From contig JAVVGB010000002.1 of NCBI GenBank assembly GCA_032249315.1, positions 1 through 59,764 on the forward strand: a DNA stretch of 59,764 nt. Reading direction: 5' to 3'. Below, piece by piece: positions 39,908-50,289 of this stretch (within the stretch, counting starts at the first letter, position 1; every line of letters starts with the position of its first letter). The translations under genes were made by a program, and so were the position numbers. The notes under the pieces are model-generated. The model was given only the letters and a program-made list of their open reading frames with translations. It did not search any database and was not told where the DNA came from. The stretch comes from Thermoproteota archaeon (GTDB lineage: Archaea > Thermoproteota > Thermoprotei > Gearchaeales > Gearchaeaceae).

Positions 39908-40549
39908 ATGAATAAATTTTTGATAGAACTAGAAGATTTTTACCAAAGAGAAAGTAAAAATTTAGATGATAAACAGAAAAAATTGTTTAAAGATCTTGTT
40001 GAAAGGGTAATAGATTTGTATCTTAGGCAACTTTTAAAGTCAAATCATACTATGATGGAAATAGTACTAGCATTAAATTTAATAAAAGAGAATAAAGAAG
40101 TTGAAATTGAAAAAGAAGTAAATAATCTAGTTGTTGATCTATTTGTCCATTATAAAAATAAGAAAGAAGTAATTGAAGTAGAAACAGGATTTGTCCCACC
40201 TGAATATTCTACAGATCCCGTAACATACAGATATGCAAGAGAAATAAGTAAAATAGCAAGATATTCAAAGTATGCCGATATTTTTTCTTTAGCAATTCCT
40301 CCTTTTCATTTATTACAAATTCCTGAAGTTTTCGCATTTCAATCCAATGAACGAAGTGAGGAAAATTTGAAAGATATAAAAGAGATTTTGGATAAATATT
40401 ATAAAGCTCCGCCAATAACATTAGAGGAACTAAAAAACGCTAAAATTAATTATATTTATATAATTTACGTTGATAAAGTTTCAGTTAAAAAATTGGAATT
40501 TAAAGAATATTTGAATTTTATTAAAGAATTAAGAGAGAAACTTTTTTAG
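39908..40549 (+). CDS. hypothetical protein, possible PD-(D/E)xK-like nuclease fold
   Basis: 213 aa. The only hint is VVDLFVHYKNKKEVIEVETG (a D ... ExE/ExK-like spacing). No confident family assignment. Confidence 0.45.
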   Translation: MNKFLIELEDFYQRESKNLDDKQKKLFKDLVERVIDLYLRQLLKSNHTMMEIVLALNLIKENKEVEIEKEVNNLVVDLFVHYKNKKEVIEVETGFVPPEYSTDPVTYRYAREISKIARYSKYADIFSLAIPPFHLLQIPEVFAFQSNERSEENLKDIKEILDKYYKAPPITLEELKNAKINYIYIIYVDKVSVKKLEFKEYLNFIKELREKLF

Positions 40550-40553
40550 TAGA

Positions 40554-40707
40554 GTGCATTTAAGCCCATAACCAAATTTGTCTTACACTTACGCATTAAA
40601 TATGGATAACACCTTCCATAGGCGGGGGCGACCTATGGAAACCCCCGGTGTTATCCATATTTAATGCGTAAATGCAAGGCAAACTTAGTTATAGGTTTGC
40701 CCTGCAC
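40554..40707. repeat. 154-nt rod-like imperfect palindrome with GC-rich core
   Basis: Hand fold. Perfect 25-bp stem (40589-40613 / 40647-40671). Inner 9-bp hairpin (40614-40622 / 40632-40640). Outer imperfect extension down to 40554/40707. Confidence 0.85.
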
Positions 40708-40920
40708 CCGTAATTTTAACTTCTTTTTGTTTAATATAAATTTATCTTTTTTAAAAAATTAGGGAAAAAACCTTTATTTGAAAGGTTAACTTTATGGTTA
40801 ATTAAATCTTGGTTTATTCACCTCCATAAAATTTCTAGGATTACCCGAACTTAAAGAAAAACTAAGATTTTACTTATAACTTAATTAGAAGCTAAAAAAT
40901 TTTTGTAAAATATAAAAAAT

Positions 40921-41367
40921 TCAAGCCATTTTAAAATAATTAAGATAATATTCAATCAATTTAAATTTTAATTCTGCTTCTTTGTTTTTTTCCACAATTT
41001 CATTCAATGTTAAGTAATAATTTCTCCAAGGCTCCAAAAATTCATCCCATGGTAGCACATTATATTTCTTAGTTTCTAAAAATAACTTAAAATCTTCATA
41101 ACTTACCCTTTTCTCAGGAAGCATTTCTTCATAACTTAAATCAAAATGCTGGGATAAAAATAAAAATTCTTTTGTTTTTAATTTCTTTTCTATTAACTTT
41201 CTATAAAATTTTATTAAAGCATTTTTATTTTTTATAAATTTTTCTATATTTTTAAGTTCTTTTAATTCTTCTTCTATAATTTCATTTTTTATATTTAATG
41301 ATTTATATTTATTTTCTAATTCTTTTATTTTTTTATTTATTTTTAGATAAATTTCTTCATTAATCAT
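40921..41367 (-). CDS. hypothetical coiled-coil protein (148 aa)
   Basis: From the ORF track. ATGA overlap with the upstream bcp gene suggests co-transcription. Confidence 0.45.
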   Translation of the reverse strand: MINEEIYLKINKKIKELENKYKSLNIKNEIIEEELKELKNIEKFIKNKNALIKFYRKLIEKKLKTKEFLFLSQHFDLSYEEMLPEKRVSYEDFKLFLETKKYNVLPWDEFLEPWRNYYLTLNEIVEKNKEAELKFKLIEYYLNYFKMA

Positions 41368-41837
41368 TTATTTGTTTCTAAATTCTTTAGGAATTCATAA
41401 ACTTCCTTACCATGTTCAGCAGCATTAACTTTTCTAAATATTTTAACAATTTTTCCTTCATTATTGATTATAAAGGTAACACGTGAGGCAAACTTTTTAC
41501 CAAACATACTTTTAAGAACACCATATTTTTCAGAAATCTTACCATCTTCGTCATAAATCAAATCGAAAGGTAAATTATATTTTTTAGCAAACTTTCTATG
41601 TGATTCTATATCATCGAGACTTACGCCTACAACTTCAGCGTTTAATTCTTTAATGTTATAGAAATGATCTCTAAAGCTACAGGCTTCTTTTGTGCAACCC
41701 ATTGTATCATCCTTAGGATAAAAATACAATACTAAGTATTTTTTATCCTTTGTTAGTTCGTTTAGATTAACTTTTCCTCTTAACAATGATAATGCTTCAA
41801 AATCTGGAGCTATTTGACCCTCTTCTAATTTACTCAT
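41364..41837 (-). CDS. bcp: peroxiredoxin, Bcp/PrxQ type
   Basis: APDFEA..., YFYPKDDTMGCTKEACSFRD (peroxidatic Cys). I place the start at the ATG at 41837 (MSKLEEG). The track start at 41861 adds 8 hydrophobic residues. Confidence 0.88.
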   Translation of the reverse strand: MSKLEEGQIAPDFEALSLLRGKVNLNELTKDKKYLVLYFYPKDDTMGCTKEACSFRDHFYNIKELNAEVVGVSLDDIESHRKFAKKYNLPFDLIYDEDGKISEKYGVLKSMFGKKFASRVTFIINNEGKIVKIFRKVNAAEHGKEVYEFLKNLETNK

Positions 41838-41892
41838 ATTAAAAATAATAAAAAGTAACACTTAAATAAATGATGAAAAGTATTATTTTAGA

Positions 41893-43137
41893 ATGCTAAA
41901 AATTCAAGAAGTTTTTGATGTTAAAAAAATTAAAGAAGATTTTCCTATTTTTCAAAGAAAAATAAACAATAAGGATTTGGTTTATTTGGATAGCACTGCT
42001 ACATCCCAAAAGCCAATACAAGTGATAAAGGCTATAGAAAATTTTTATAAAAATTATTGTGCAAATGTTCATCGTGGAGTATATACATTAGCTGAAGAAG
42101 CTACTTTAGCTTACGAAGAAAGTAGAAAAGAAGTAGCAAGATTTATAAATGCTAAAAGTTATGAAGAAATTCTTTTTGTAAGAAATGCTACAGAAGCAAT
42201 AAATCTTGTTGCTTACGCATGGGGGAGAAAAAATGTAGGAAAAGGAGATAGAATATTAATAACTCAAATGGAGCATCATAGCAATATAGTTCCTTGGCAA
42301 ATTCTTTCAAAAGAAAAAGAAGCGAAATTAGAATATATAGGAATAACTGATGAAGGATTATTAGATTCAAACGATTTTTATAAAATAGATAAACCTTTAA
42401 AGATCTTTGCCTTTACACATGTTTCAAATACTTTAGGAACAATAAATCCCGTTAAAGAATTAACAAAAATGGCTCATGAAGCTGGAGCACTAGCTTTAAT
42501 AGATGGAGCTCAGTCTGTACCTCATATGCCAGTAAATGTAAGGGAAATTAATTGCGATTTTTTAGCCTTTTCTGGACATAAAATGCTAGGTCCAATGGGA
42601 ATAGGAGTTTTATATGCTAAAAAAGAAATTCTTGAAGAAATGGAACCATTTTTAACAGGAGGAGAAATGATAAGAGAAGTAGATTTCTATTATTCAACAT
42701 GGAACGATTTACCTTGGAAATATGAAGCTGGTACTCCGAATGTTGAAGGAGGAATAGCTTTAGGAGAAGCTATAAGATATCTAACAAAAATTGGTATGGA
42801 TAAAATAAGAGAACATGAAAAAATTTTAGTTGAATATGCTTTGGATAAATTACAAGAAATTAAAGGATTAACAATTTATGGTCCAAAAAGTAGCGAGATT
42901 AGAGGAGGAGTTATTTCATTTAATATCAAAGATGTCCATGCCCATGATGTTGCAACAATTCTAGATCAAGAAGGAATACAAATAAGAGCAGGACATCATT
43001 GTGCTAAATTAGTAATGAAAAGATTTGATGTACCAGCAATGGCAAGAGCAAGTTTTTACATTTATAACTGTTATGAAGATATAGACAGATTATATGAAGG
43101 TTTAATGCTAGTTAAAAAAATTTTTAAAATAGACTAA
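41893..43137 (+). CDS. sufS: cysteine desulfurase, SufS-like
   Basis: 414 aa. Motifs: [26 protein letters not shown] (PLP Lys), RAGHHCAK (catalytic Cys). Confidence 0.9.
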   Translation: MLKIQEVFDVKKIKEDFPIFQRKINNKDLVYLDSTATSQKPIQVIKAIENFYKNYCANVHRGVYTLAEEATLAYEESRKEVARFINAKSYEEILFVRNATEAINLVAYAWGRKNVGKGDRILITQMEHHSNIVPWQILSKEKEAKLEYIGITDEGLLDSNDFYKIDKPLKIFAFTHVSNTLGTINPVKELTKMAHEAGALALIDGAQSVPHMPVNVREINCDFLAFSGHKMLGPMGIGVLYAKKEILEEMEPFLTGGEMIREVDFYYSTWNDLPWKYEAGTPNVEGGIALGEAIRYLTKIGMDKIREHEKILVEYALDKLQEIKGLTIYGPKSSEIRGGVISFNIKDVHAHDVATILDQEGIQIRAGHHCAKLVMKRFDVPAMARASFYIYNCYEDIDRLYEGLMLVKKIFKID

Positions 43138-44066
43138 ATTAAAAATTCCTCTAAAATTTTTTCTATATGTGTTAAAGGTCTTCCATAAGCATCGCATATT
43201 TTTTGCTTTGCAGGAGGATTTAATCTATAAGCAGGAATTCTTGATTCTATTCTTTCTTCATAAGTGGTATATCTTAAATCTCTATAAAATATACCTATAG
43301 GTATTCTATTACCCCATTCACTAGCTTTTTTAATTAGTAATGATACTTTTCTTAAATATTCTTCTTCGCTTGTTTCATTTGTTATTACACATTCATAACC
43401 TTCCTGTTCTAATTTATATAATCTAGTAGAATACCATTCTTTTGTATTTATATCGTTATATACAGGACATGGTTGTAAAACATGAACCAAAGCTAAGCCT
43501 TTATGATTTATAGCTTCTTTAATTAAATTTTTTAAATGAGGCACGTCATATGCATAACCTCTTGCTATGAATGTATATCCTGAAGCAAAAGCTAAAAGTA
43601 TTGGATTTACTGCTTGATTAATATTTGGTTTTGGTAGAGATTTTGTCTTTAGACCCAATTTCAAAGTTGGCGAAGCCTGACCTTTAGTTAATCCATAAAC
43701 TCCATTATCATATAATATTACAGTTATATCAACATTCCTCCTTCCTGTATTAACAAAATGACCTGCACCTATTCCTAAACCATCACCGTCGCCAAGCACA
43801 ACTAGAACAGTAAGATCTGGATTAGCTAATTTAGCACCTACTGCATAAGGTAAAGCTCTACCATGTAAAGTATGTATTCCATATGCATTAATATAATGAG
43901 GAGTTTTTGCACTGCAACCTATTCCTGAAAATATAGCTACATTGCTTGGATCAAGTTTTAGCTCATATAATGCTTGTTGTATAGAACTTAGTATACCATA
44001 GTCTCCGCATCCTGGACACCAGTTTGCGTGTACCTCAGTTCTGTAATCTGTTAGTTTAAGCTCCAC
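43134..44066 (-). CDS. 2-oxoacid:ferredoxin oxidoreductase beta subunit (TPP-binding)
   Basis: 310 aa. Motifs: [24 protein letters not shown]. Confidence 0.9.
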   Translation of the reverse strand: MELKLTDYRTEVHANWCPGCGDYGILSSIQQALYELKLDPSNVAIFSGIGCSAKTPHYINAYGIHTLHGRALPYAVGAKLANPDLTVLVVLGDGDGLGIGAGHFVNTGRRNVDITVILYDNGVYGLTKGQASPTLKLGLKTKSLPKPNINQAVNPILLAFASGYTFIARGYAYDVPHLKNLIKEAINHKGLALVHVLQPCPVYNDINTKEWYSTRLYKLEQEGYECVITNETSEEEYLRKVSLLIKKASEWGNRIPIGIFYRDLRYTTYEERIESRIPAYRLNPPAKQKICDAYGRPLTHIEKILEEFLI

Positions 44067-46026
44067 CTCTCAACACCACTCTATAATTCGATTTACCTTC
44101 TAATATTGATCTAACAGCTATATAAATTTCATCTAAAGATATTTGTCTTCCATTATATTTAACTATCAAATTGTTTGGTTTTAATCCTGTTTTTTCTCTT
44201 ATTAATCCTGCAAGTTGTCCTGAATAATTATTCTCTACACATATCCATTTTTTACCGTTTAAAACTTTTTCTACATAGCTTGAAGGAAATGGTTGCATTA
44301 ATCTTATTTGTAAAAATTCTATTTTATAACCTTCCTTTGATAACTCTTCAATTAAATCTAATATTACACCTTTGGTTGAACCCCAGCTTACAATTGTTAA
44401 GTCTGGATTTTCTGAGGCGTAGAAATGATTAACCTTTTCTTCCAATGGAATTTCTTTATCTGCTATTTCAAGTTTTTTCATCCTTTTTTCCATCATCTTA
44501 TCTCTTATTACTGGATCCTCTGTTATATGTCCAAGCTCATCATGCTCATCTCCTGTAATCCAAAATGTAGCATTTTTTGTGCCTAGAAAAACTCTTGGAG
44601 AAATTCCTGTAGAATTAAAAACAAAACGTTTGTATTTTTCGCCAGCAGCTTTTAATTTTTCCAAATCTTTTTCTTCAAATATTATTCCTCTATCTATTCT
44701 TATTGATTTAGTATCAAAGGGTTCAATGGTTTCAGTAGAATTGGCCAAAAATCTATCTACTAAATGAATTACAGGTAATTGATATCTTTCAGCATAATTA
44801 AAGCACCTTATTGCATCATAGAAACATTCTGTTATATCTCCTGAAGCTAATACAATTCTAGGAAATTCTCCATGGGATGCATGAAGTACAAATCTTAAAT
44901 CCCCTTGTTCAGTTCTTGTTGGCAAACCAGTAGAAGGAGCTCCTCTTTGATAATGCGTAATTACAACAGGAATTTCGTTCATTCCTGCGAAACCCAAACC
45001 TTCAACCATTAAAGAGAAACCAGGACCAGAAGTTGATGTTGAAGCTCTTGCTCCAGCCAAAGAAGCTCCTGAAGCCATCGTTATCGCTGCTATCTCATCT
45101 TCAGTTTCTACAACAACAATTGAACCTGCTCCTTTTAAGATTTCTCTTTCTGATTTTAATGGATCATCTGCAACAACATCAAAAATTTCATGCTCTTCCA
45201 AAAAAGAGCTTTCATCAGTAGCAGGAGTTATAGGATAATATGTTTGAAATCTGCAACCAGCTAAAAGTTTTCCTAAAGCTATTGCTTGGTTACCGTTTAT
45301 TATAAGCCTTTTGTTATTATTATTAATTAAATTTAATCTTATACCAAATTCATTAGAATATCCTAAAGAATTAACAAAATCATACGTTTCTTCAGCTACA
45401 ATGGAATTTAATTCTACAATTGTTTTTCTTCCTTTAAAAACTCTATTTATCGCTTTTTTTAATAGATCCAAGTCAAATTTTAAAATAGCAAGAGAAGCTG
45501 AAACAGCTATTACGTTATTCATTCTAGTTAATTCCGAAAGCTTTTCTCCTGTCCTTATTGAAACTTTATTTAAAATTCCGTTATAATTTATTGGAAAGCT
45601 TTTGATACCATAAGATTGAGCTTCTTTTAAAACATCAGATATGGAAACAAGAGTGTTATTAAATCTTTTATAAATATCTTCTCTTACTCTTTTATCTAAA
45701 GTAGGAATATCTTTGGTTTTAACGTTTATATGAGCAGAATCATAAATTATAGCTGAGCCCTCTAATCCTTCTAAACTATGTCTAAAGATTGTTTCTGCAT
45801 CATATGAAGCTAATATATTATATCTTTCAATATGGGAATGTACAGGTTTAGAATCGAATCTTACATAATAATAACTATGTTCTCCCATAATGTTCGAATG
45901 ATATTCTCTCTTACCAAAAACATAATAACCAGCACTAACAATAGCGGTCAGAAATATGCTTGCACCCCTTTCTATTCCAGTTCCTTGGGCTCCTCCTATA
46001 AGCCAGCTTATGCCTCTAATATTCAT
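44056..46026 (-). CDS. 2-oxoacid:ferredoxin oxidoreductase alpha subunit (fused gamma-alpha type)
   Basis: 656 aa. GGAQGTGIE near the N-terminus and [11 protein letters not shown] in the middle. The two-subunit architecture matches Sulfolobus/Aeropyrum OFOR. Confidence 0.9.
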   Translation of the reverse strand: MNIRGISWLIGGAQGTGIERGASIFLTAIVSAGYYVFGKREYHSNIMGEHSYYYVRFDSKPVHSHIERYNILASYDAETIFRHSLEGLEGSAIIYDSAHINVKTKDIPTLDKRVREDIYKRFNNTLVSISDVLKEAQSYGIKSFPINYNGILNKVSIRTGEKLSELTRMNNVIAVSASLAILKFDLDLLKKAINRVFKGRKTIVELNSIVAEETYDFVNSLGYSNEFGIRLNLINNNNKRLIINGNQAIALGKLLAGCRFQTYYPITPATDESSFLEEHEIFDVVADDPLKSEREILKGAGSIVVVETEDEIAAITMASGASLAGARASTSTSGPGFSLMVEGLGFAGMNEIPVVITHYQRGAPSTGLPTRTEQGDLRFVLHASHGEFPRIVLASGDITECFYDAIRCFNYAERYQLPVIHLVDRFLANSTETIEPFDTKSIRIDRGIIFEEKDLEKLKAAGEKYKRFVFNSTGISPRVFLGTKNATFWITGDEHDELGHITEDPVIRDKMMEKRMKKLEIADKEIPLEEKVNHFYASENPDLTIVSWGSTKGVILDLIEELSKEGYKIEFLQIRLMQPFPSSYVEKVLNGKKWICVENNYSGQLAGLIREKTGLKPNNLIVKYNGRQISLDEIYIAVRSILEGKSNYRVVLRGGA

Positions 46027-46094
46027 CTTGAAATACTTTCTAGTAAGTAATTAATAAATTTTTATTTTAAGATTTTTAGATTGTAAAAAATTGC

Positions 46095-46586
46095 TTATTT
46101 TATTCCTTCATTTTGATATCTTCCTTTATATAACTTTTCAGATTTGGATTCTGTTCTTAAAAAAATAATTTGAGCTACCCGTGCTCCTTTTTCAATTGCT
46201 ACCCTTTTATGAACAACCAATAATACCCTCGATTTTCCTTTATATCCACTATCCCATAAAGCAGTTCTAATATCGCATCCCATTCTTAGAAGAGATGACC
46301 TTGGAAAGCATATTCCTATAGCGTCATAAGGCACCTCTATTATTTCAAAAAATTCAAGGATATAAACACCTTCTTGTAAGAAAAAAACATATTTATCGTC
46401 AATTTTTTCAGGAATTATCTCTTTATATGAAGGAAGTTTTACTTCATCTATAAAAAGAGTACCAAAAGAAATAATTTCATAGATTTTATCTACTCTTAGA
46501 TCTATTCCGTTAACTTGTATTTGATTTTCTTCTATTCCTATAGCAGAAGTTATGTATTTTTTTAATTCTTCAACAGAAATAACCAT
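46095..46586 (-). CDS. dUTPase/dCTP deaminase superfamily protein
   Basis: 163 aa. Motifs: GIDLRV, FPRSSLLRMG, WDSGYKGKS. Confidence 0.78.
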   Translation of the reverse strand: MVISVEELKKYITSAIGIEENQIQVNGIDLRVDKIYEIISFGTLFIDEVKLPSYKEIIPEKIDDKYVFFLQEGVYILEFFEIIEVPYDAIGICFPRSSLLRMGCDIRTALWDSGYKGKSRVLLVVHKRVAIEKGARVAQIIFLRTESKSEKLYKGRYQNEGIK

Positions 46587-46619
46587 AATTCATTAACTTT
46601 TATTTTTTTTAATAAAAAT

Positions 46620-46859
46620 TTAACTAAATCTGCTCATTAAACGAATAATTCCTTTATCAGTTATGTAAACATTATCATTATGATATTCAATGTATCCATC
46701 ATCCTTTAATTTTTTAAGTTCAAATTCTAATAAAGATAAGTCAATGTTTAAATGATTAGCGATTTCAAATTTATTTTTTGAAAAATTTAAAGAATAAGCT
46801 CTTGAAGAATTTAAGTAAAGCAAAATTTTTTCTTCAATTTTAAGTTCTTCTCTTCTCAT
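46620..46859 (-). CDS. small winged-helix DNA-binding-like protein
   Basis: 79 aa with a wHTH-like pattern (EIANHLNIDLSLLEFELKKLKDDGYI). Confidence 0.45.
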   Translation of the reverse strand: MRREELKIEEKILLYLNSSRAYSLNFSKNKFEIANHLNIDLSLLEFELKKLKDDGYIEYHNDNVYITDKGIIRLMSRFS

Positions 46860-46862
46860 GAT

Positions 46863-48020
46863 TTAATTTTCTAATACTGATTTATAAACTTCTAAGGTTC
46901 TTTTTGCAGCTTCTTTCCAGCTAAATTTTAAGACTTTATTCCTTGCATTATTTACCAAATATTTAGCATACTCTTCATTATTAATTACTGAAAGAATTGC
47001 AGAAGCAATTTCATGAACATTAAAAGGATTAACATGCAATCCATCAACATTATGTTCAACTATTTCTTTAAACCCTCCAATATTTGAAACTATAACAGGA
47101 ATTCCGTTGGCCATACCTTCTAATGCAACTAACCCAAAAGGTTCATATATGGATGGAGCTACCAGTACATCTGCAGATTTTATTATTTGCTTTAAAGTAA
47201 AATCATCAACGTAACCAGTAAGTTTAATGGCCCAATTTAAATTTAGATCATTTATTCTTTGTTTAATTTCATTAATTTGCCAGCCATCGCCCACTATTAC
47301 AAACCTTACATTACTATTATTTTTTAAAACATAAGGAGAAGCTTCTACTAAGTATTTAACACCTTTTTGTTCTGTTATCCTTCCAACGAATAAAACTATT
47401 TTACAATGTTCAGGTATTCCTAATTTTCTTTTTATTTCATTTTTATCTACTTGTATATTATAACCATTCACGTTTATACCATTGAATATTATTTCAATTT
47501 TATTTTCAGGAACTTTGAAATGATTAATTATTTCTTGCTTCATGAAATTTGTTGTTGTAATTATCTTTTTTGCTTCATACGTAGACCACCATTCTATGCT
47601 AGAAATTACCGAAGATACAGGATTAGATATTGAACCAACCCTTCCTATTTCTAAGCTATGTAAAGTTAATATTAAGGGTTTTTTTAAAAAATATTTTAAT
47701 GAAATTCCTGCAGGAGCTACTAGCCAATCATGAATATGAATAATATCAAAGGATGTATTCAACATTGCTACTTTTTTCTCAAAAAAATGGTTAAAAGCGT
47801 AAACCCAAGTTAAAAAATCATAAGAAGGAAACTCTACTTTTACTCGATAGACATAAACATTATTATGAGTTTCTTCAAAAGGAGTGTTGGGAAATTCTAA
47901 AGTTACAATATATACTTCGTTACCTAAATTTGCTAACTCTTGTGCTAGATAATAAACATGTCTAGATATGCCACCTACAATTCTAGGTGGATATTCCCAT
48001 GTTAAATGAAGAATTTTCAT
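46863..48020 (-). CDS. GT4-family glycosyltransferase
   Basis: 385 aa. GGISRHVYYLAQEL at the N-terminus and the EPFGLVALEGMANGIPVI motif. Confidence 0.85.
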   Translation of the reverse strand: MKILHLTWEYPPRIVGGISRHVYYLAQELANLGNEVYIVTLEFPNTPFEETHNNVYVYRVKVEFPSYDFLTWVYAFNHFFEKKVAMLNTSFDIIHIHDWLVAPAGISLKYFLKKPLILTLHSLEIGRVGSISNPVSSVISSIEWWSTYEAKKIITTTNFMKQEIINHFKVPENKIEIIFNGINVNGYNIQVDKNEIKRKLGIPEHCKIVLFVGRITEQKGVKYLVEASPYVLKNNSNVRFVIVGDGWQINEIKQRINDLNLNWAIKLTGYVDDFTLKQIIKSADVLVAPSIYEPFGLVALEGMANGIPVIVSNIGGFKEIVEHNVDGLHVNPFNVHEIASAILSVINNEEYAKYLVNNARNKVLKFSWKEAAKRTLEVYKSVLEN

Positions 48021-49043
48021 TTATTTTCTAAGTTTTGTTTTTCTTAGATCTATTGTATCAAAAACTTCATTGCCAGTACCTATTAATGTTACAGGAATGC
48101 CCAGTTCAGATTCTATGTTTTCTATAAAATCTTTGGCTTCTTTAGATAATTTTTCATACTCTACTACTTTATGCGAGGAAGGATATAATACATCTATTTT
48201 CGTAATCGCTACTTGAGTTGCACTATTTAACATTACACTTCTTTTAGCTAACTTTATATTAAAGGGTGCTACTCTTCTAGGTCTTCCAGTTACTGTACCA
48301 TATTCAACTAAATTTAATTTTTTTGCTTCTTCAAAAGAAAGTTCATTTTCCAAAGGTCCTCCTCCTACTCTTGTAAAATAAGATTTAAAAACAATAATTA
48401 CTTCATCTACTCTTTTTGGGCCTATACCTACGTCAGCACATAATGAAGAAGCAGAGGTATCTTTGGAAGTGGTATATGGATAAGTTCCATGGTATAATGA
48501 CAATAATGTTCCCTGAGTTCCTTCTATAATTACGTTTTGTTTTTTATCCAAAGCTTCATTTAATCTCAGAGAAACATCATCACAAAATTCTTTTAAAATA
48601 TCTATTTCTTTACATGTTTTTGCAATTCTCCTTACCCTATCTTCTAAAGCTGGACCACAGCCTGAACCTGTAGTACCAACAACTTTAGATAAATGTGGAT
48701 CAGATTTATCTCTAATTTTATGACTTTCCTCTATTACTGAACAATTGTAATCTATCCAAATCCTGTTTTTTAAATTTAGTTCATTGACTTCTTTCAAAAA
48801 AACCTCAGGATCTACAAGAACGCCTGCACCAATAAATAATTTGGTATTTTCATTGATAAAGGCAGAAGGTACCTGTCTTAATCTATAAATTTTACCATTA
48901 TAAACTACAGTATGGCCCGCATTTGTTCCAACACCAGCTCTTGCAGCTACATCTACATTATCTTTTAAAGCAAGATAAGATACTATTTTTCCTTTTCCCT
49001 CATCTCCAAATGCACCTCCAACTACTACTGTTAACATTACCAA
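48021..49043 (-). CDS. purA: adenylosuccinate synthetase (short archaeal form)
   Basis: 340 aa. Motifs: GGAFGDEGKGK, NAGHTV, GTTGSGCGP, TGRPRR. Confidence 0.92.
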   Translation of the reverse strand: MVMLTVVVGGAFGDEGKGKIVSYLALKDNVDVAARAGVGTNAGHTVVYNGKIYRLRQVPSAFINENTKLFIGAGVLVDPEVFLKEVNELNLKNRIWIDYNCSVIEESHKIRDKSDPHLSKVVGTTGSGCGPALEDRVRRIAKTCKEIDILKEFCDDVSLRLNEALDKKQNVIIEGTQGTLLSLYHGTYPYTTSKDTSASSLCADVGIGPKRVDEVIIVFKSYFTRVGGGPLENELSFEEAKKLNLVEYGTVTGRPRRVAPFNIKLAKRSVMLNSATQVAITKIDVLYPSSHKVVEYEKLSKEAKDFIENIESELGIPVTLIGTGNEVFDTIDLRKTKLRK

Positions 49044-49077
49044 AATTTCAATTGTATAAACAAATATTAATCTATTG

Positions 49078-50229
49078 TTAATATTCTAAAAATTTCTTGA
49101 ATATAAATAAAGATAAAGCAATTGATATGAGCACTAATATTCCAATTAAAGCATAAGTAGTTGTACTTGCATCTTTAATTATTAATTTTCTTTCATAGTC
49201 ATAAGAACCAACATTTGCTCCTAATGCAATACTTGAAAAGTTCTGCTCACTATAGTAAGAAATTGCGGTATATTCAATAAAATATAGAGGGAAAAAGAAT
49301 GTTTCTTTTTCCCCTGTTTTAACTTGGATTTTATCAATAGAGATGAAAAGATTCTTTGAGCCGTAAATTACATATGCCCAACTAGGCGAATCAGTTGTAA
49401 GATTAAACTGAGAGCCTCTAATTTTTATGCTATTTATCGTAGAATTTGAGAAAACAGTAAATGTTACACCAGTAGTAGTTTTAAATTCTAATTTGTTAAG
49501 ATTCATCTTTCTTTTTAAATTAAAACCTTCTTCTTTAACTAATTCAAATTTATATTTCATTTCATAAGAAAAACTATTACCAATGGGAAATGGCGGACTA
49601 ATATTAGTTGTAGACGAAGAAAAACTTATTTCAAAATTTCCTTTTATATAAGTTTCAGAATATAAAGGAATATTATAATAAAAAGAATTGATCATTTTAG
49701 AAGAAAAAGATGAAAAAGATTTTGTATAATTTTTACCTATAGAAGCTGTGATATTAAAATGTCCTTCCATATTATATTCAATTGCTTGATAACCTCTGTA
49801 ATCTTCATGAACCCTGTATGTGAAATTCTTAATATTATATTCGTATTTAATGGTTTGATTAAAAGAAGTTAAATTACTTTGCAAGAAAGATAATTGTTGA
49901 TTTATATATTTAGATAACGGAAAACAAACAATGGTATAGTTTTTTGAATCGATTGGTTGAGTTTGAGATGAGAAAAGCAATTTAAGAGTCACTTCTCCCT
50001 TTATATAAGAGGTAACATTATAACAGGTTTGATTATATTTAAAAAATTCTAGCGTATTGTTTCCTTTAAAATTTATAGTTAGAGGAATATTTAATTGTTG
50101 AATATTAACATTAGCTTCAAAGGTATAAACTAAAACTAATTTGGTATTTTCTTCCGAATAAAGGTTAGGTAAATTTAATACTAGTAGTAAAAATATTCCT
50201 AAAAAAAACAGTAATAGTGATAGTTTCAT
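49078..50229 (-). CDS. surface-exposed glycoprotein candidate (signal peptide, 13 N-x-S/T sequons, C-terminal TM anchor)
   Basis: 383 aa. N-terminal hydrophobic leader, a C-terminal TM (YALIGILVLISIALSLFIF) followed by KKF, and 13 sequons counted by hand. Confidence 0.55.
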   Translation of the reverse strand: MKLSLLLFFLGIFLLLVLNLPNLYSEENTKLVLVYTFEANVNIQQLNIPLTINFKGNNTLEFFKYNQTCYNVTSYIKGEVTLKLLFSSQTQPIDSKNYTIVCFPLSKYINQQLSFLQSNLTSFNQTIKYEYNIKNFTYRVHEDYRGYQAIEYNMEGHFNITASIGKNYTKSFSSFSSKMINSFYYNIPLYSETYIKGNFEISFSSSTTNISPPFPIGNSFSYEMKYKFELVKEEGFNLKRKMNLNKLEFKTTTGVTFTVFSNSTINSIKIRGSQFNLTTDSPSWAYVIYGSKNLFISIDKIQVKTGEKETFFFPLYFIEYTAISYYSEQNFSSIALGANVGSYDYERKLIIKDASTTTYALIGILVLISIALSLFIFKKFLEY

Positions 50230-50289
50230 ATTTTACTATTACTTTTTAAGATAATATTTATTTTGCTTTTATAATTATGGATATTGTTA

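Noticed and set aside
40614-40646. Reading the palindrome core (TTCCATAGG...CCTATGGAAAC + C5) as an archaeal origin recognition box or replication origin
   Set aside because: It only loosely resembles the ORB dyad TTCCAGTGGAAAC plus G-string. The dyad halves are split by 9 nt, the run is C rather than G on that strand, there is a single copy rather than inverted ORBs around an AT-rich unwinding element, and no orc1/cdc6 gene is nearby.
40602-40664. Two mirror-image 20-codon ORFs, one on each strand of the palindrome (MDNTFHRRGRPMETPGVIHI and MDNTGGFHRSPPPMEGVIHI)
   Set aside because: They are an automatic consequence of the inverted repeat containing ATG...TAA. They are too short and have no supporting signal.
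40699-40712. Possible att-like match between the tRNA-Cys 3' end (CCCTCACCCGG, 39332-39342) and GCCCTGCACCCGT at the right edge of the palindrome
   Set aside because: Only ~10-11 nt match, with an indel. This is far shorter than real archaeal att duplications and is compatible with chance.
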